In this document: positions 39,178 to 49,121 of the stretch, piece by piece
Position numbering within the stretch: the first letter of the stretch is position 1
Layout of the letters: every line of letters begins with the position of its first letter
Program-made: the position numbers and the translations under genes
Notes under the pieces: generated by a model
Told to the model about the DNA's origin: nothing
Database searches by the model: none
What the model saw: only the letters and a program-made list of their open reading frames with translations
Source of the DNA: Armatimonadota bacterium
GTDB taxonomy: Bacteria > Armatimonadota > UBA5829 > DTLH01
Direction: 5' to 3'
Length of the DNA: 64,000 nucleotides
Assembly: GCA_039680575.1 (NCBI GenBank)
Contig: JBDKSP010000089.1
Span: forward strand, 22,367-86,366

Positions 39178-40062
39178 TTATATTTTGAGGAATCGCCTGA
39201 TGGACACCATACTACCGAGCGCGCCGATCGCGGCGCCAGTCAGGACGATGAACATCGTAAACTGTAAATGCCCCACACTGGGAGCCATTGTGCGTATTGT
39301 GGGAGATATGTGTTTCCACATCAGATTAGATGCGTACCCGGACCCGGCCGCTAACAGTCCACTGGCAATCAGTGCGCCGGACATGCCGAGCACTATACCC
39401 TCAAGCACCAGCGGAATCCTGATAAACCAGTTTGTAGCCCCGACAAGCTGCATTATTCTGATCTCGTGACGTCTCGCAAACAGGGTCAGCCTGATTGCGT
39501 TGCTGATGATAAAAATCGTAGTCAGGCAAAGAACGATAGCGCCAACGATCCCCAACACCTTAACGAGGTCGGCTACTGCCCTTACATGCCGGTAATCTTC
39601 TTCCGCATTCCCGACTTTATTGACGCCGTCGATCTTTCCGACCTGCTCGGCCAGTTCGGACACTTTATGCGGGTCCTTCGCCGTAATGTCTATCCTGTAA
39701 GGCAGAGGGTTGCCGACGACGCCGCCCAGGTCCATATCTGGACTGATCTGGTGTTTGAACCCTGCCCATTCCTTATCTCTGGAGAGAAGCTCGGCGTTTT
39801 TGGTGAGCGGAAGATTCCTTATGGCATCGCGCACATCTTCAGCCTGTTTTGAGGTTGCTTCACGAGGAACGAAGGCCGCAATTTGGAACTGGGCCAACTC
39901 CCCTTCGACAAAGCGATGGCTCGAAATGGCAATAAGCAAAAATGCTCCCAATATGGCAAGTGACAGCGCGGCAGTCGTGATAGCGGCTACGGCCATAATG
40001 CCGTTTCGCCATATCCCGATGAACGCTTCCTGTATCAGGTATTCAAGATTCCGCAGTTTCAA
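39178..40062 (-). CDS. ftsX: Cell division permease FtsX
   Basis: NPLP, ISNAIRLT.FARR.EI.IMQLVGAT.WFIRIP; TTG start inferred. Confidence 0.93.
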   Translation of the reverse strand: MKLRNLEYLIQEAFIGIWRNGIMAVAAITTAALSLAILGAFLLIAISSHRFVEGELAQFQIAAFVPREATSKQAEDVRDAIRNLPLTKNAELLSRDKEWAGFKHQISPDMDLGGVVGNPLPYRIDITAKDPHKVSELAEQVGKIDGVNKVGNAEEDYRHVRAVADLVKVLGIVGAIVLCLTTIFIISNAIRLTLFARRHEIRIMQLVGATNWFIRIPLVLEGIVLGMSGALIASGLLAAGSGYASNLMWKHISPTIRTMAPSVGHLQFTMFIVLTGAAIGALGSMVSIRRFLKI

Positions 40063-40768
40063 CGTTATAAAGACTTTCTGATTCCGGACCGGCGCTATAA
40101 GCGCCTTTATCTTCATCTCGGACCATCCTGCCGGCTCCAAGCTCCACAACCCGGCGCATCATCCGGTCTACTATCTGGTTATCATGGGTTGCAACAAGTA
40201 CCGTGGTACCTCTCGCATTGATTCTTGAAAGGATTTGGACAATTCCCCACGAAGTATCGGGGTCCAGGTTGCCGGTAGGCTCATCGGCGATCAGGATGGG
40301 AGGGTTATTGACTAGTGAGCGAGCTATCGCGGCGCGCTGCTGTTCTCCGCCGGAAAGCTCTGCCGGGAATGAGTCACACCTGTGCATCATTCCCACAAGG
40401 TCGAGGGCTTCGGATATGCGTTTTCTCATCTCTTTTCTGGATACACCCGTAACTCTGAGAACAAACGCAAGGTTTTCCCAGACAGTCTTCCTCGGCAGGA
40501 GCTTGAAGTCCTGGAAAACCACTCCAAGCCGCCGTCTGAGATAAGGAATATGGTTCACCGCGAGCGATGTAACATCCTGTCCGGCGACGAACACATTGCC
40601 CTCGGATGGAACAAGCTCCCTGTACAACAGCTTGAGGAGTGTCGACTTGCCGCTGCCGCTCGTACCGACGAGAAACACAAAGTCACCCCGTCCTACGCGT
40701 AAGCTAACATGCGATAATGCCTGCACGCCGTTCGGGTAGACCAAAGAGACATCACACAGTTCAATCAT
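40043..40768 (-). CDS. ftsE: Cell division ATP-binding protein FtsE
   Basis: GTSGSGKST, GVVFQDFKLL, LSGGEQQR, ADEPTGNLDP. Confidence 0.95.
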   Translation of the reverse strand: MIELCDVSLVYPNGVQALSHVSLRVGRGDFVFLVGTSGSGKSTLLKLLYRELVPSEGNVFVAGQDVTSLAVNHIPYLRRRLGVVFQDFKLLPRKTVWENLAFVLRVTGVSRKEMRKRISEALDLVGMMHRCDSFPAELSGGEQQRAAIARSLVNNPPILIADEPTGNLDPDTSWGIVQILSRINARGTTVLVATHDNQIVDRMMRRVVELGAGRMVRDEDKGAYSAGPESESLYNVETAES

Positions 40769-41047
40769 TTTGCTCAAGGTCTCCCATGACTTCACACATC
40801 CGTGAAGCTCAAAAAAATAAAGTGCCGCCTCTCAGCACCGATACCAATTATACCTGAACAGTGAATTCAACGCAAACCGTAAGAGTTTCGGAGGGTGAAA
40901 CAGTATATATTAATCGTTACATCAACTGCCGTAATTCCGGTAGGTTTACCGGGTTGTGACGAGCGTGATATAATCGCTTATGGCTGAATTGTTCATTCTT
41001 CGGCCATATGTGCGTTTTACACACATCGCACCGGGTATCAACAACTG

Positions 41048-42124
41048 ATGAGACTCTTAGATAGATACGCCATAAAAGAGATGGTAGTTCCAACACTGGC
41101 AGGGATGCTGGTGATTATCATAATGATGCTCGGGAACTTCCTCTTTTATCATATACACGAACTTTTCCACCGGGCGGACTTCATCGATATTGTGAAGCTG
41201 CTCCTTTTGACCATCCCGTCGTCCGCGTGGATGATCCTGCCCTCCGGCGCGCTTTTCGGGTGCGCGCTCGCCGTCACCAGGCTTGCCAGGGACTCAGAGA
41301 TCACCATGATGCGTATGGCCGGGATCAGCGCAAGAAGGATATTCCTGCCCATATTTATAGTGGGGATTCTGCTCTCCGGCATCCATTACATGGTACAGGA
41401 AAAAGTCACTCCCTGGGCTGAAACCAAAAGCAGGGATATTATGAACCGGATATTGTGCATGCCTGGCGCACCCTCGATCCAGGCGAATGTCTTCTTCAAC
41501 TCGGAAAACTACTGGTTCTACGTGCAGCGGGTGGAGAAAAATGGCAAGAAATCGATCCTTCATAATGTCATGGTCTACGAATTGACTCCCGGAGACGAAT
41601 ATCCGGAGATTACTACCGCCGAGACAGCCGTTCAGGAGGGTAATATCTGGGTATTGAGGAACGGGATATCCCGCAAGACCGGCAACGATGGCTTTATCCG
41701 TTATGAGGAGAAGTTCGACGAAGGTAAATTGGACCTGAGGAGCAGCATCGCCAGCCTGTGGGACAGGCAAAAGAGTGCTGAGGAAATGACGGCATCCGAA
41801 CTTGGGAAGCATATTCAGATTATGCAGTCGAGCAACAGCCCTGTCACCTCGAACTGGAAAACAAACTATTATTTCAAGCTGTCTATACCGCTTTCATGCT
41901 TTCTCATAATGCTCTGCGCCGCGCCGCTTTCCCTCAAATACGGCCGCACCGGCGGGTTCACCGGCATATTGATGGGAATACTGGTTCTGGCGCTCTACTG
42001 GAACGTAATCGTCTTCGGAAAGCTTCTTGGCTCCGTTGCAATATTGCCTCCGGTTATCGCCGGGTGGTCGGAAGTAGTGATCTTCATGGTCGCAGGAGCT
42101 ATTCTGCTCTGGAAAGCGGAGTAA
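41048..42124 (+). CDS. LptF/LptG family permease
   Basis: LLDRY, RL..DSEIT.M..AGIS, KLSIPL; 3+3 TM helices around a periplasmic domain. Confidence 0.9.
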   Translation: MRLLDRYAIKEMVVPTLAGMLVIIIMMLGNFLFYHIHELFHRADFIDIVKLLLLTIPSSAWMILPSGALFGCALAVTRLARDSEITMMRMAGISARRIFLPIFIVGILLSGIHYMVQEKVTPWAETKSRDIMNRILCMPGAPSIQANVFFNSENYWFYVQRVEKNGKKSILHNVMVYELTPGDEYPEITTAETAVQEGNIWVLRNGISRKTGNDGFIRYEEKFDEGKLDLRSSIASLWDRQKSAEEMTASELGKHIQIMQSSNSPVTSNWKTNYYFKLSIPLSCFLIMLCAAPLSLKYGRTGGFTGILMGILVLALYWNVIVFGKLLGSVAILPPVIAGWSEVVIFMVAGAILLWKAE

Positions 42125-42130
42125 TGCCGT

Positions 42131-42335
42131 CAGTAGGGAACAGATGACAGGGAATAGGAAAAGCTATCAGCTTTCAGCCGTCAGCTATCAGGTTTTGAAT
42201 CGCGGAGGACGCGAAAACGCGCGAAAGACGCGAAAAAGGATTCCTATGCTTCGGGACCGCAGTTCGTCCCGAAGCACGAGTCTCCACAAATTATTCTTAT
42301 GCTTCGAGACCGCGGTTCGTCCCGGAGCACGAGTC
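42131..42335. repeat. Mosaic of 7-mer tracts and REP palindromes
   Basis: Blocks match the reverse complements of 47988-48013, 14152-14224 and 22237-22271. Confidence 0.7.
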
Positions 42336-44768
42336 TCCACTGATCCGAGGCAAAAGATCCCTTCTGTTCCCTTTGTCTTGGCACTGATATTCTCGCTGCT
42401 GTTCGCAACAATAGTCTCAGCGCAAACAATCACCGAGCCGCCGCAGGCTCCGGCCGTCGAAACAGTACCGCAGGTCTCTCCACCGGCACAAGACCCGAAT
42501 GCCGTCCCTGGACCGGAGGGTGAGACCCCGCATCAGCCATCACAGCCGCCTACAGGCTATGTACCCACGCCGGGACCAACGGTCAGTGTCACAGGAGGGG
42601 TTAACGTACCGGTAGGGCCAAACCAGCTCAGGCTCGACGCCCAGATATGGAAGGTGGAGTTCGAGGAAAGCGTAGCCGTGCTTGTAACCGCACAGGGCAA
42701 TGTGAGGGCAATATATCAGAACTACACCATATTGAGCGAAACCGCCAGGATCGATCTGAAGACAAAAATAGCGACGTTTTCCGGTAATGTCGTCTTTCAG
42801 GTGGATGGGCAGGAGGTCCATGGCTCAGAGTTATCGATCAACCTCGATAGCCGTGCATGGGGCTTCGAATCGGCAAGAAGCGAGATCAAACCGGAGCTGT
42901 TTCCTGAGCTGATCAAAGCGCCGGTATTCCTTTCGGGCAGTTCAGTATCGGGACGGTCGGACAACTTTGCTCAGGCAATCAATGGCGGGTTCACGACTTG
43001 TAATCTTGAGCATCCGCACTACTTTATAGATGCAAAATCGATCACTGTCTGGCCTAACGAGAAGCTGATAGCTCGAGACGCTACGTTTATTGCACTCGAC
43101 AGGCGTATATTAAGAATCCCCAGGCTTTCTATCCCGCTCACTAAGCTCAGAGAGCGCACAAACCTTACACCCCGAATCGGACAGACAGAGGAAGAGGGAT
43201 TCTTCCTTAAAACTGCTTACACATATGCAGCAACGGTTGCAAATTCCGGGAACCTTAAGCTCGACTTGATGACCGAGAAGGGTATCGGGCTTGGAATAGA
43301 TGATATTTACACTGTCAAGACAGGTCAGGGGAACCTTAATCTCTACCAATTGTCCGACATAAACCGTGACTTGAACACTCTGACAGGCCGGTGGACCCAT
43401 CAGCAAAAGTTCGGGACAATCACAGCCAATTTAATATCCGACTACCGGGCGAACAGCTATCAATACTCATCGCAATCGAAATCTCTCAGCAATGAACTTC
43501 GACTCAACAGGGACCGGACAGGGTCATCTACGGACTTCGGTATCCGGCAGTCGGTCAACCAAGGGTTCGGACGTTATGGAACATGGACATCGACACTGCA
43601 GCATAACCAGCAGTTCGGGGAGCAATCGTCTGCTGTTATTAACTTCGATTATTTCCGGTCCGAAAGCCCGTATTCGATAAATAGCGAAACTGTAAATGCG
43701 GCGACCGCGCAGCTCGTTTCCCGGCTGGACTACAGCCAGCGCGCCAAACGCTACGATTGGAACCTTAGGGTCAACAAGATCAACGATCTTTCGGATGACA
43801 TACTTATCAAGCAGTTCGGCAGCCAGTTTTCGGGAACAGAGAGGCTTCCAGAGCTGGAGCTGACGACCAGCGGTGAACGGCTGGGAAGGACTGTCTTCGG
43901 GCTCCCTACGCTCTTGAAACTGGCTGTAGGCCGGTACAGAGAAAACCTCGGCGAAGTCGAGACGGAACGAATGGTGGCGGACATCGATGTCCCTTCCAGA
44001 AAATACACACTCTCCGACCGGCTTAACTTGGCTCTGGGCGGAGGGTTCCGGCAGTATGTCTACGGCGACGACACCGCGCAGTATTCCATAGCTACCACGG
44101 CGAACCTTACCCGGCAGATCGGCAAAGAATCGAGCGCAGCACTCTCTTACCGGTTCCTCAGACCAAGAGGTTACACTCCATTTAACTTTGATTTTATCGG
44201 CGAATACAACATTCTGAGCGCGCGGTTGAATATGCGGGAGACAAAACGGTTCAAATACAGTCTGACTTCAGGTTATAACTTCGAGGAGGATGGCAGTCCC
44301 TGGCAGGACATCAGCTTTAAGATGGCTTTTGCGCCGAACGACAGGTACTTGTTCTATACATCGACAGGCTACAATCTTAACCGCTCGCAGTGGCGCTCGC
44401 TCATCAACCAGATAAGGGTTCGGCTGCCAAACAAGTTCAACCTCGATGTGGGTTCACGCTACGATATCGTCAACAGCAAGCTCTCAAGCCTCAAAACACA
44501 ACTGGATACGCCTTTCGGCGATAAATGGCACATCCGGGCAAATGCCGGCTACAACGGCTACACCAGCGACTTCGATTATCGGAACCTTCAACTTGTACGC
44601 GACCTGCACTGCTGGGAGTTGGCGATTACTTATGTCGACCAAACATCGACCTGGCAGGAAAAAGGGCTCAGTTTGAACCTGAGGATAAAAGCCTTCCCGC
44701 TGTTCGACAGTTTCGGTGTAGGCCAGTTCGGGCAGGCGCTCGATACGAGTGTTGGGGAAGAGTTGTAG
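42246..44768 (+). CDS. lptD: LPS-assembly protein LptD-like outer-membrane protein
   Basis: Signal-like LALIFSLLFATIVSA, jellyroll, FTTC...PHY, RDLHCWE, long beta-barrel; start uncertain (42144, 42246 or later). Confidence 0.8.
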   Translation: MLRDRSSSRSTSLHKLFLCFETAVRPGARVSTDPRQKIPSVPFVLALIFSLLFATIVSAQTITEPPQAPAVETVPQVSPPAQDPNAVPGPEGETPHQPSQPPTGYVPTPGPTVSVTGGVNVPVGPNQLRLDAQIWKVEFEESVAVLVTAQGNVRAIYQNYTILSETARIDLKTKIATFSGNVVFQVDGQEVHGSELSINLDSRAWGFESARSEIKPELFPELIKAPVFLSGSSVSGRSDNFAQAINGGFTTCNLEHPHYFIDAKSITVWPNEKLIARDATFIALDRRILRIPRLSIPLTKLRERTNLTPRIGQTEEEGFFLKTAYTYAATVANSGNLKLDLMTEKGIGLGIDDIYTVKTGQGNLNLYQLSDINRDLNTLTGRWTHQQKFGTITANLISDYRANSYQYSSQSKSLSNELRLNRDRTGSSTDFGIRQSVNQGFGRYGTWTSTLQHNQQFGEQSSAVINFDYFRSESPYSINSETVNAATAQLVSRLDYSQRAKRYDWNLRVNKINDLSDDILIKQFGSQFSGTERLPELELTTSGERLGRTVFGLPTLLKLAVGRYRENLGEVETERMVADIDVPSRKYTLSDRLNLALGGGFRQYVYGDDTAQYSIATTANLTRQIGKESSAALSYRFLRPRGYTPFNFDFIGEYNILSARLNMRETKRFKYSLTSGYNFEEDGSPWQDISFKMAFAPNDRYLFYTSTGYNLNRSQWRSLINQIRVRLPNKFNLDVGSRYDIVNSKLSSLKTQLDTPFGDKWHIRANAGYNGYTSDFDYRNLQLVRDLHCWELAITYVDQTSTWQEKGLSLNLRIKAFPLFDSFGVGQFGQALDTSVGEEL

Positions 44769-44811
44769 GAAGAATCAGGATCGGGACTAGATCTTCGTTA
44801 TTCACGTATTA

Positions 44812-45024
44812 TCACTTGCCGGCTATATAGTGCCATAAGCTTACCGATGCATATGCGCTAATCAACCCAAGAATCCCGCCGACTATTCCATAAATGCCTC
44901 GCTTATTTCGTCTTTCTTCCTTAGTCGGCCAACGCTTGGCAAGTATAGAAAAAACCGGATATGCGATAACCAGATAAAATATGCCTACTGTGATAGCTTC
45001 GTATACATCCCATTTGGTGAACAT
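44812..45024 (-). CDS. Small two-TM membrane protein
   Basis: Two hydrophobic helices with a basic loop; immediately after the beta-propeller gene. Confidence 0.5.
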   Translation of the reverse strand: MFTKWDVYEAITVGIFYLVIAYPVFSILAKRWPTKEERRNKRGIYGIVGGILGLISAYASVSLWHYIAGK

Positions 45025-45028
45025 TTGA

Positions 45029-46402
45029 TTACTCCTTGCCTGCGCTTAGCACATCACATATAAAAACATCGGTATACTCGTTCGTATCGTTAGGCACCAG
45101 ATTAGGGTCAAACGACTCGAATATTATGAATCGTCCATCTCCGGTTATTACAGGTCGCCCACTATCTCCTACCGCAGGACTCGAACTATCATCAACCAAC
45201 TGTGCACACTTCACCGGCACATCTATCTGTTTCGTTGTCCCAGCCAGTCTGTCCCTCAGGAATATGCATGTCCTTCCTTCTTTATTGCTCCCTGCAAGAT
45301 TACTCGCAAACGACTCAAAGACTACCAGATTTCCATCTGCGCTGACGGAAGGTAGACAACAGTTTTCATTTGCCTGCAAGCCAGCGGTAGAGACTGAAAC
45401 AAGCTCCGTTGTTTTGCTGTTTCTGTCGTGTATGAACACATCCATACGCTTGTTTGTGTCAGACTTAACAAGATTGCTGGCGCTTGAGTTGAATACGACG
45501 AATCTCCCGTCCGCGCTGACCGATACGCCCTCACAATCACTATTAGCCTGTTTCTGCTGAGATGACACAGACACCCGCTCAGTTGTTTGAGACACCCTGT
45601 CTCGGACGAAAACATCTTTGTGATGGTTCGTATCATGAGGCACCAGATTGGAAGACTCAGAGGAGAATGCAACGAACCTTCCATCCGCACTTATAACTGG
45701 CACAAGTCTGAAGGAATCCCGACAGTCGCCGTTTCCTTGTTTACCTTGAGTGGAAACCGATACTCTTTCAGTCTTTCGGGTTATCCTATCGTAAACGAAT
45801 ATATCACTCTTTTCGTTAGTGTCATCGACAACGAGATTCTTCGCGTAGGATCTATATGCTATAAACTTTCCATCCGCGCTGATCGTCGCGCTGCCACTCT
45901 CTCCATTTGCCGGCTCTCCGCTCGGTGAAATGGAAACTAGCTCGGTAGTTTTTTTCTGTAAGTCTCTGATGTAGACCTGGTAATAATGCTTCTCAAAGTT
46001 CGGAACCAAGTTGCTGGCCCATGACATGAACACAACATATCGTCCATCTGCACTGATGCTTGGCGACAGGCAAGCCTCGTTCGACTGGGCACCTTCGCTC
46101 GAAACGGATACGAGTTCTACCGTTCGTGTCGATCTGTCGTAGATAAACACATCCCTGCGTCCGTTTGTATCATTGGGTACGAGGTTAGAGGCTTCTGATT
46201 CATACACAATGAAACGTCCATCACCACTGATTTGAGCTCTTCTACTGAAGCTGTTTCCCTCAACACCATCCGAAGAGATAGATACTCGGGCCGTTGATGC
46301 AAAAAGCCCGGAAGCGAGCATAGTAAGGCTAACGATAACAGCGATTCTAGAAAGCATTGTGCATACTCCTGCATTGGCCGTAGTCTGTCGTATTAAAGAC
46401 AT
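45029..46402 (-). CDS. Secreted TolB/PD40-like beta-propeller repeat protein
   Basis: About 7 repeats of RVSVS..G..N..S..P.ISADGR.V.F.S.ASNLV..DTN...DVF..D. Confidence 0.9.
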   Translation of the reverse strand: MSLIRQTTANAGVCTMLSRIAVIVSLTMLASGLFASTARVSISSDGVEGNSFSRRAQISGDGRFIVYESEASNLVPNDTNGRRDVFIYDRSTRTVELVSVSSEGAQSNEACLSPSISADGRYVVFMSWASNLVPNFEKHYYQVYIRDLQKKTTELVSISPSGEPANGESGSATISADGKFIAYRSYAKNLVVDDTNEKSDIFVYDRITRKTERVSVSTQGKQGNGDCRDSFRLVPVISADGRFVAFSSESSNLVPHDTNHHKDVFVRDRVSQTTERVSVSSQQKQANSDCEGVSVSADGRFVVFNSSASNLVKSDTNKRMDVFIHDRNSKTTELVSVSTAGLQANENCCLPSVSADGNLVVFESFASNLAGSNKEGRTCIFLRDRLAGTTKQIDVPVKCAQLVDDSSSPAVGDSGRPVITGDGRFIIFESFDPNLVPNDTNEYTDVFICDVLSAGKE

Positions 46403-46634
46403 ATAGTCATATTATGCAGTTTTGGCAATCATTCCTTCATATAATGCAGCAGGACCCTAGACCGGGGACAATGGAGGAGAAATAGGAAGTATACCGGGGT
46501 ACATGTGCAGCCGGCGGCCGCCTTCGAGAATATCCGGTCTCCCGACCAAACCCCTCGTAGACAGCCGCCCGCCGGAGTCCAGGCCTCACCCCTTTCCAGA
46601 CACCGGCAGGCAAATCAAGCATGAATCGCTCGCT

Positions 46635-46729
46635 ACTTCGGCAACCAGGCTATCATAACCGCGAATCCGCGGCTTTAGACCCTTGGCTTTGCGTACCCCT
46701 CGGTTTCCCCAGAGGCTGCCTTTGTCGGT
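46635..46729 (-). ncRNA. c-di-GMP-I (GEMM) riboswitch, downstream aptamer
   Basis: CGACAAAGGCA-GCCTCTGGG-GAAA-CCGAGGGGT-ACGCAAAGCC-AAGGGTCTAA...ATGATAGCCTGGTTGCCGAA. Confidence 0.85.
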
Positions 46730-46745
46730 GTCGCGCGTCCAGTGG

Positions 46746-46885
46746 GCTTCGGCAGCCAGGCTACCATGCGACCCTTGCGCCCATTATTCAGCTCTCGAGC
46801 TTCCAAGAGTTCAATATTGAGCACCGGACCGGTTAGGCCCTATAGCTTTGCGCCCCCGCCTTTCGACGGGTTTGCCATTATCGCG
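46746..46885 (-). ncRNA. c-di-GMP-I (GEMM) riboswitch, upstream aptamer with long P3 insertion
   Basis: CGATAATGGCAAACCCGTC-GAAA-GGCGGG-GGCGCAAAGCTATAGGGCCTAA...ATGGTAGCCTGGCTGCCGAA. Confidence 0.9.
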
Positions 46886-47139
46886 CTCCCTTGCGTAAAA
46901 TTATTCCCATATTCTGTTATCTCTATTCAATTGTCATCCTAGCCTGTATCATTCGCATTTCTCGAATATAGCAGGCTATTTGATTGTCACTTAGATTATG
47001 CCGTGTGCTCAAGCGTATCAACGCTGCAAATATTACCAGCTTTTCCGATAGTTTTAACTGCAGAGTTTGAAAACCAGCTCAAGCGGGTAGATTTTACTGA
47101 AATGATCTATTGAGTTCTGGTAATGATGTAACGAATACC

Positions 47140-47805
47140 ATGCGTATCAAGAATCTACATCCCTGGAATGTCACTCCGGCTGAGGCAGTCCGCATACAAA
47201 ACGATCTGTGCCGCCTCGTATCGCTCGATGACGTCTTCGGACCGATACAGACCATCGCCGGAGTCGATGTCGGGCTCTCTCAAGCCAATGAAACGGCTAC
47301 CGGAGGGATAGTCGTGCTGTCGTTTCCCGGTCTGGAACTGATCGAAACAGCTTTCGCGGCGAAACCCGTGGAGTTCCCCTACATTCCGGGACTCCTGGCC
47401 TTTCGAGAGATACCGGCGATTCTGGACGCATTCAAGCTCCTGAAGGCAAAACCTGATATTATGATCGTCGATGGACAGGGACTGGCGCATCAGCGCAGGT
47501 TCGGCATTGCCTGCCATCTCGGAGTCCTGCTCGATCTGCCCAGTATAGGCTGCGGAAAGTCCCGGCTGATCGGCAATTACGAAGAACCCGGTCCCGAACC
47601 GGGCGACTCATCCCCGCTTATGGCGGACAGCGAGCAATTGGGCAATGTTGTCCGCACCAAATTTCGTGTAAAACCCGTTTTTATCTCCCCCGGCCATAGA
47701 ATCGGCTTCACATCGGCTGTCGAAGTGACCCTTAGCTGTGTCAGGGGCTATAGACTGCCCGAACCGGTCAGACTGGCGCATAATCTGGTTTCGAGAGGGA
47801 AGTAG
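47140..47805 (+). CDS. nfi: Endonuclease V
   Basis: AGVDV, FPYIPGLLAFRE, VDGQG.AH.RRFG.ACH, KPVFISPGH, RLPEP. Confidence 0.95.
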   Translation: MRIKNLHPWNVTPAEAVRIQNDLCRLVSLDDVFGPIQTIAGVDVGLSQANETATGGIVVLSFPGLELIETAFAAKPVEFPYIPGLLAFREIPAILDAFKLLKAKPDIMIVDGQGLAHQRRFGIACHLGVLLDLPSIGCGKSRLIGNYEEPGPEPGDSSPLMADSEQLGNVVRTKFRVKPVFISPGHRIGFTSAVEVTLSCVRGYRLPEPVRLAHNLVSRGK

Positions 47806-47811
47806 CTTTTC

Positions 47812-47954
47812 TATGCTGCGGGAATGGCAGGTCTGTATAATCTATTGATTTACACAGATTTAATTCCCGCAGCAGTAACATGTCGCAATAGCTGCGGGAA
47901 CTAAATTTGGAATAATAAGAGAGATGCTCGCATATTTTCCGTTCCCGCAGCATA
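47812..47954. repeat. Two inverted pairs of GCTGCGGGAA (REPIN/BIME-like)
   Basis: GCTGCGGGAA..TTCCCGCAGC..GCTGCGGGAAC..GTTCCCGCAGC. Confidence 0.65.
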
Positions 47955-48075
47955 AAAAAAGGCAGCGTCAAGCCGCCACACCTCAAATTCCTGTTCCCTG
48001 TCATCTGTTCCCTGAAAATTGCAGGAATCCCCACAGCAAGCGAATAATTAGTATAATATTACCGGTGTAATCAAT

Positions 48076-49086
48076 ATGATTCTTTCTACATTCAAAAGGC
48101 TGCGCCTCGCGCTCCTGGCACTTCTTGTGCTGGTGGCGCTGGGGACAATAGGTTACAAGCTGATTGAGGGTTGGTCGACCCTCAATGCGCTCTATATGAC
48201 GGTCATTACACTGGCTACGGTTGGATACAAGGAAGTAGCACCGCTTTCTCCGCAGGGGAAAGTATTTACCATCATCCTGATCTCGTTCGGTGTGTCAATT
48301 GTATTCTGGGCAGTAGCAAGCCTTTTTGAAATTGTCATCAGCGAACAGCTTTGGCATACTTTAATGAGGAGACGAATGGAAAACCAGATCAGCAAGCTCC
48401 AGGACCACTATATTATCTGCGGATATGGCAGAATGGGACAGGAAATAGCTAAAGTATTTTCGAATAGCAATGTGCCTTATGCGGTGGTTGAAATCAACCC
48501 GGAGCAACTTCCAAGATTAATCGAGCAAAACACTCCATTCATAGAAGGCAATGCCAGCGATGACAAGATACTCCTGGCAGCCGGTATTAAGCGGGCAAAA
48601 GGACTGGTGACAGTCGCTGCAAGCGATGAAGAAAATGTCTTCATCACACTGACTGCGCGAGGGCTGAGCCCTAATCTATTCATAGTCGCGCGGTCGATAC
48701 GCGAGGAAAATGAAGACAAGCTGAGAAGAGCCGGCGCAAACAGGGTGATGTCACCATACATCTCAGGCGGGAGGCGGATGGCATTCGCGGCACTCAGACC
48801 TCAAGTACTGGAGTTTCTTGATGCAGCAATACGAGCAGATGACATGACATTCGAGCTTGATGATGTAGATATCACAAGCAAATCCCCATTCGTCGGCAAG
48901 CGTATAAACGAATCCAGGATCAGGGAGACATCCGGCGCAATGATACTCGCGGTAAGGTCATCGAATGGACCGTTGAATTACAACCCGAAACCGGACACCG
49001 TGCTCCTGGATGGAGATACCTTGATCCTCATAGGTACTCCTGCGGAGCTTATCATAGCTCAGACTTACGCCGGCGGACACAATTAA
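48076..49086 (+). CDS. Potassium channel with TrkA-N/C (RCK) domains
   Basis: TLATVGY selectivity filter, CGYGRMG, AGA.RV.SP. Confidence 0.92.
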   Translation: MILSTFKRLRLALLALLVLVALGTIGYKLIEGWSTLNALYMTVITLATVGYKEVAPLSPQGKVFTIILISFGVSIVFWAVASLFEIVISEQLWHTLMRRRMENQISKLQDHYIICGYGRMGQEIAKVFSNSNVPYAVVEINPEQLPRLIEQNTPFIEGNASDDKILLAAGIKRAKGLVTVAASDEENVFITLTARGLSPNLFIVARSIREENEDKLRRAGANRVMSPYISGGRRMAFAALRPQVLEFLDAAIRADDMTFELDDVDITSKSPFVGKRINESRIRETSGAMILAVRSSNGPLNYNPKPDTVLLDGDTLILIGTPAELIIAQTYAGGHN

Positions 49087-49121
49087 CGAGAGCGGACACT
49101 ATCGGCTCAGGGAGGCTTATT

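Noticed and set aside
45029..46402. DNA-level tandem repeat or diversity-generating retroelement target in the beta-propeller gene
   Set aside because: The repeats are diverged protein blades; no reverse transcriptase or template/variable repeat pair was seen.
46437..46942. Short ORFs 46437-46622, 46621-46836 and 46742-46942
   Set aside because: They overlap the riboswitches and hairpins, and lack an RBS or protein-like features.
47812..47954. Mini CRISPR array
   Set aside because: Units are only 10-14 nt and alternate in orientation, which fits REP pairs.
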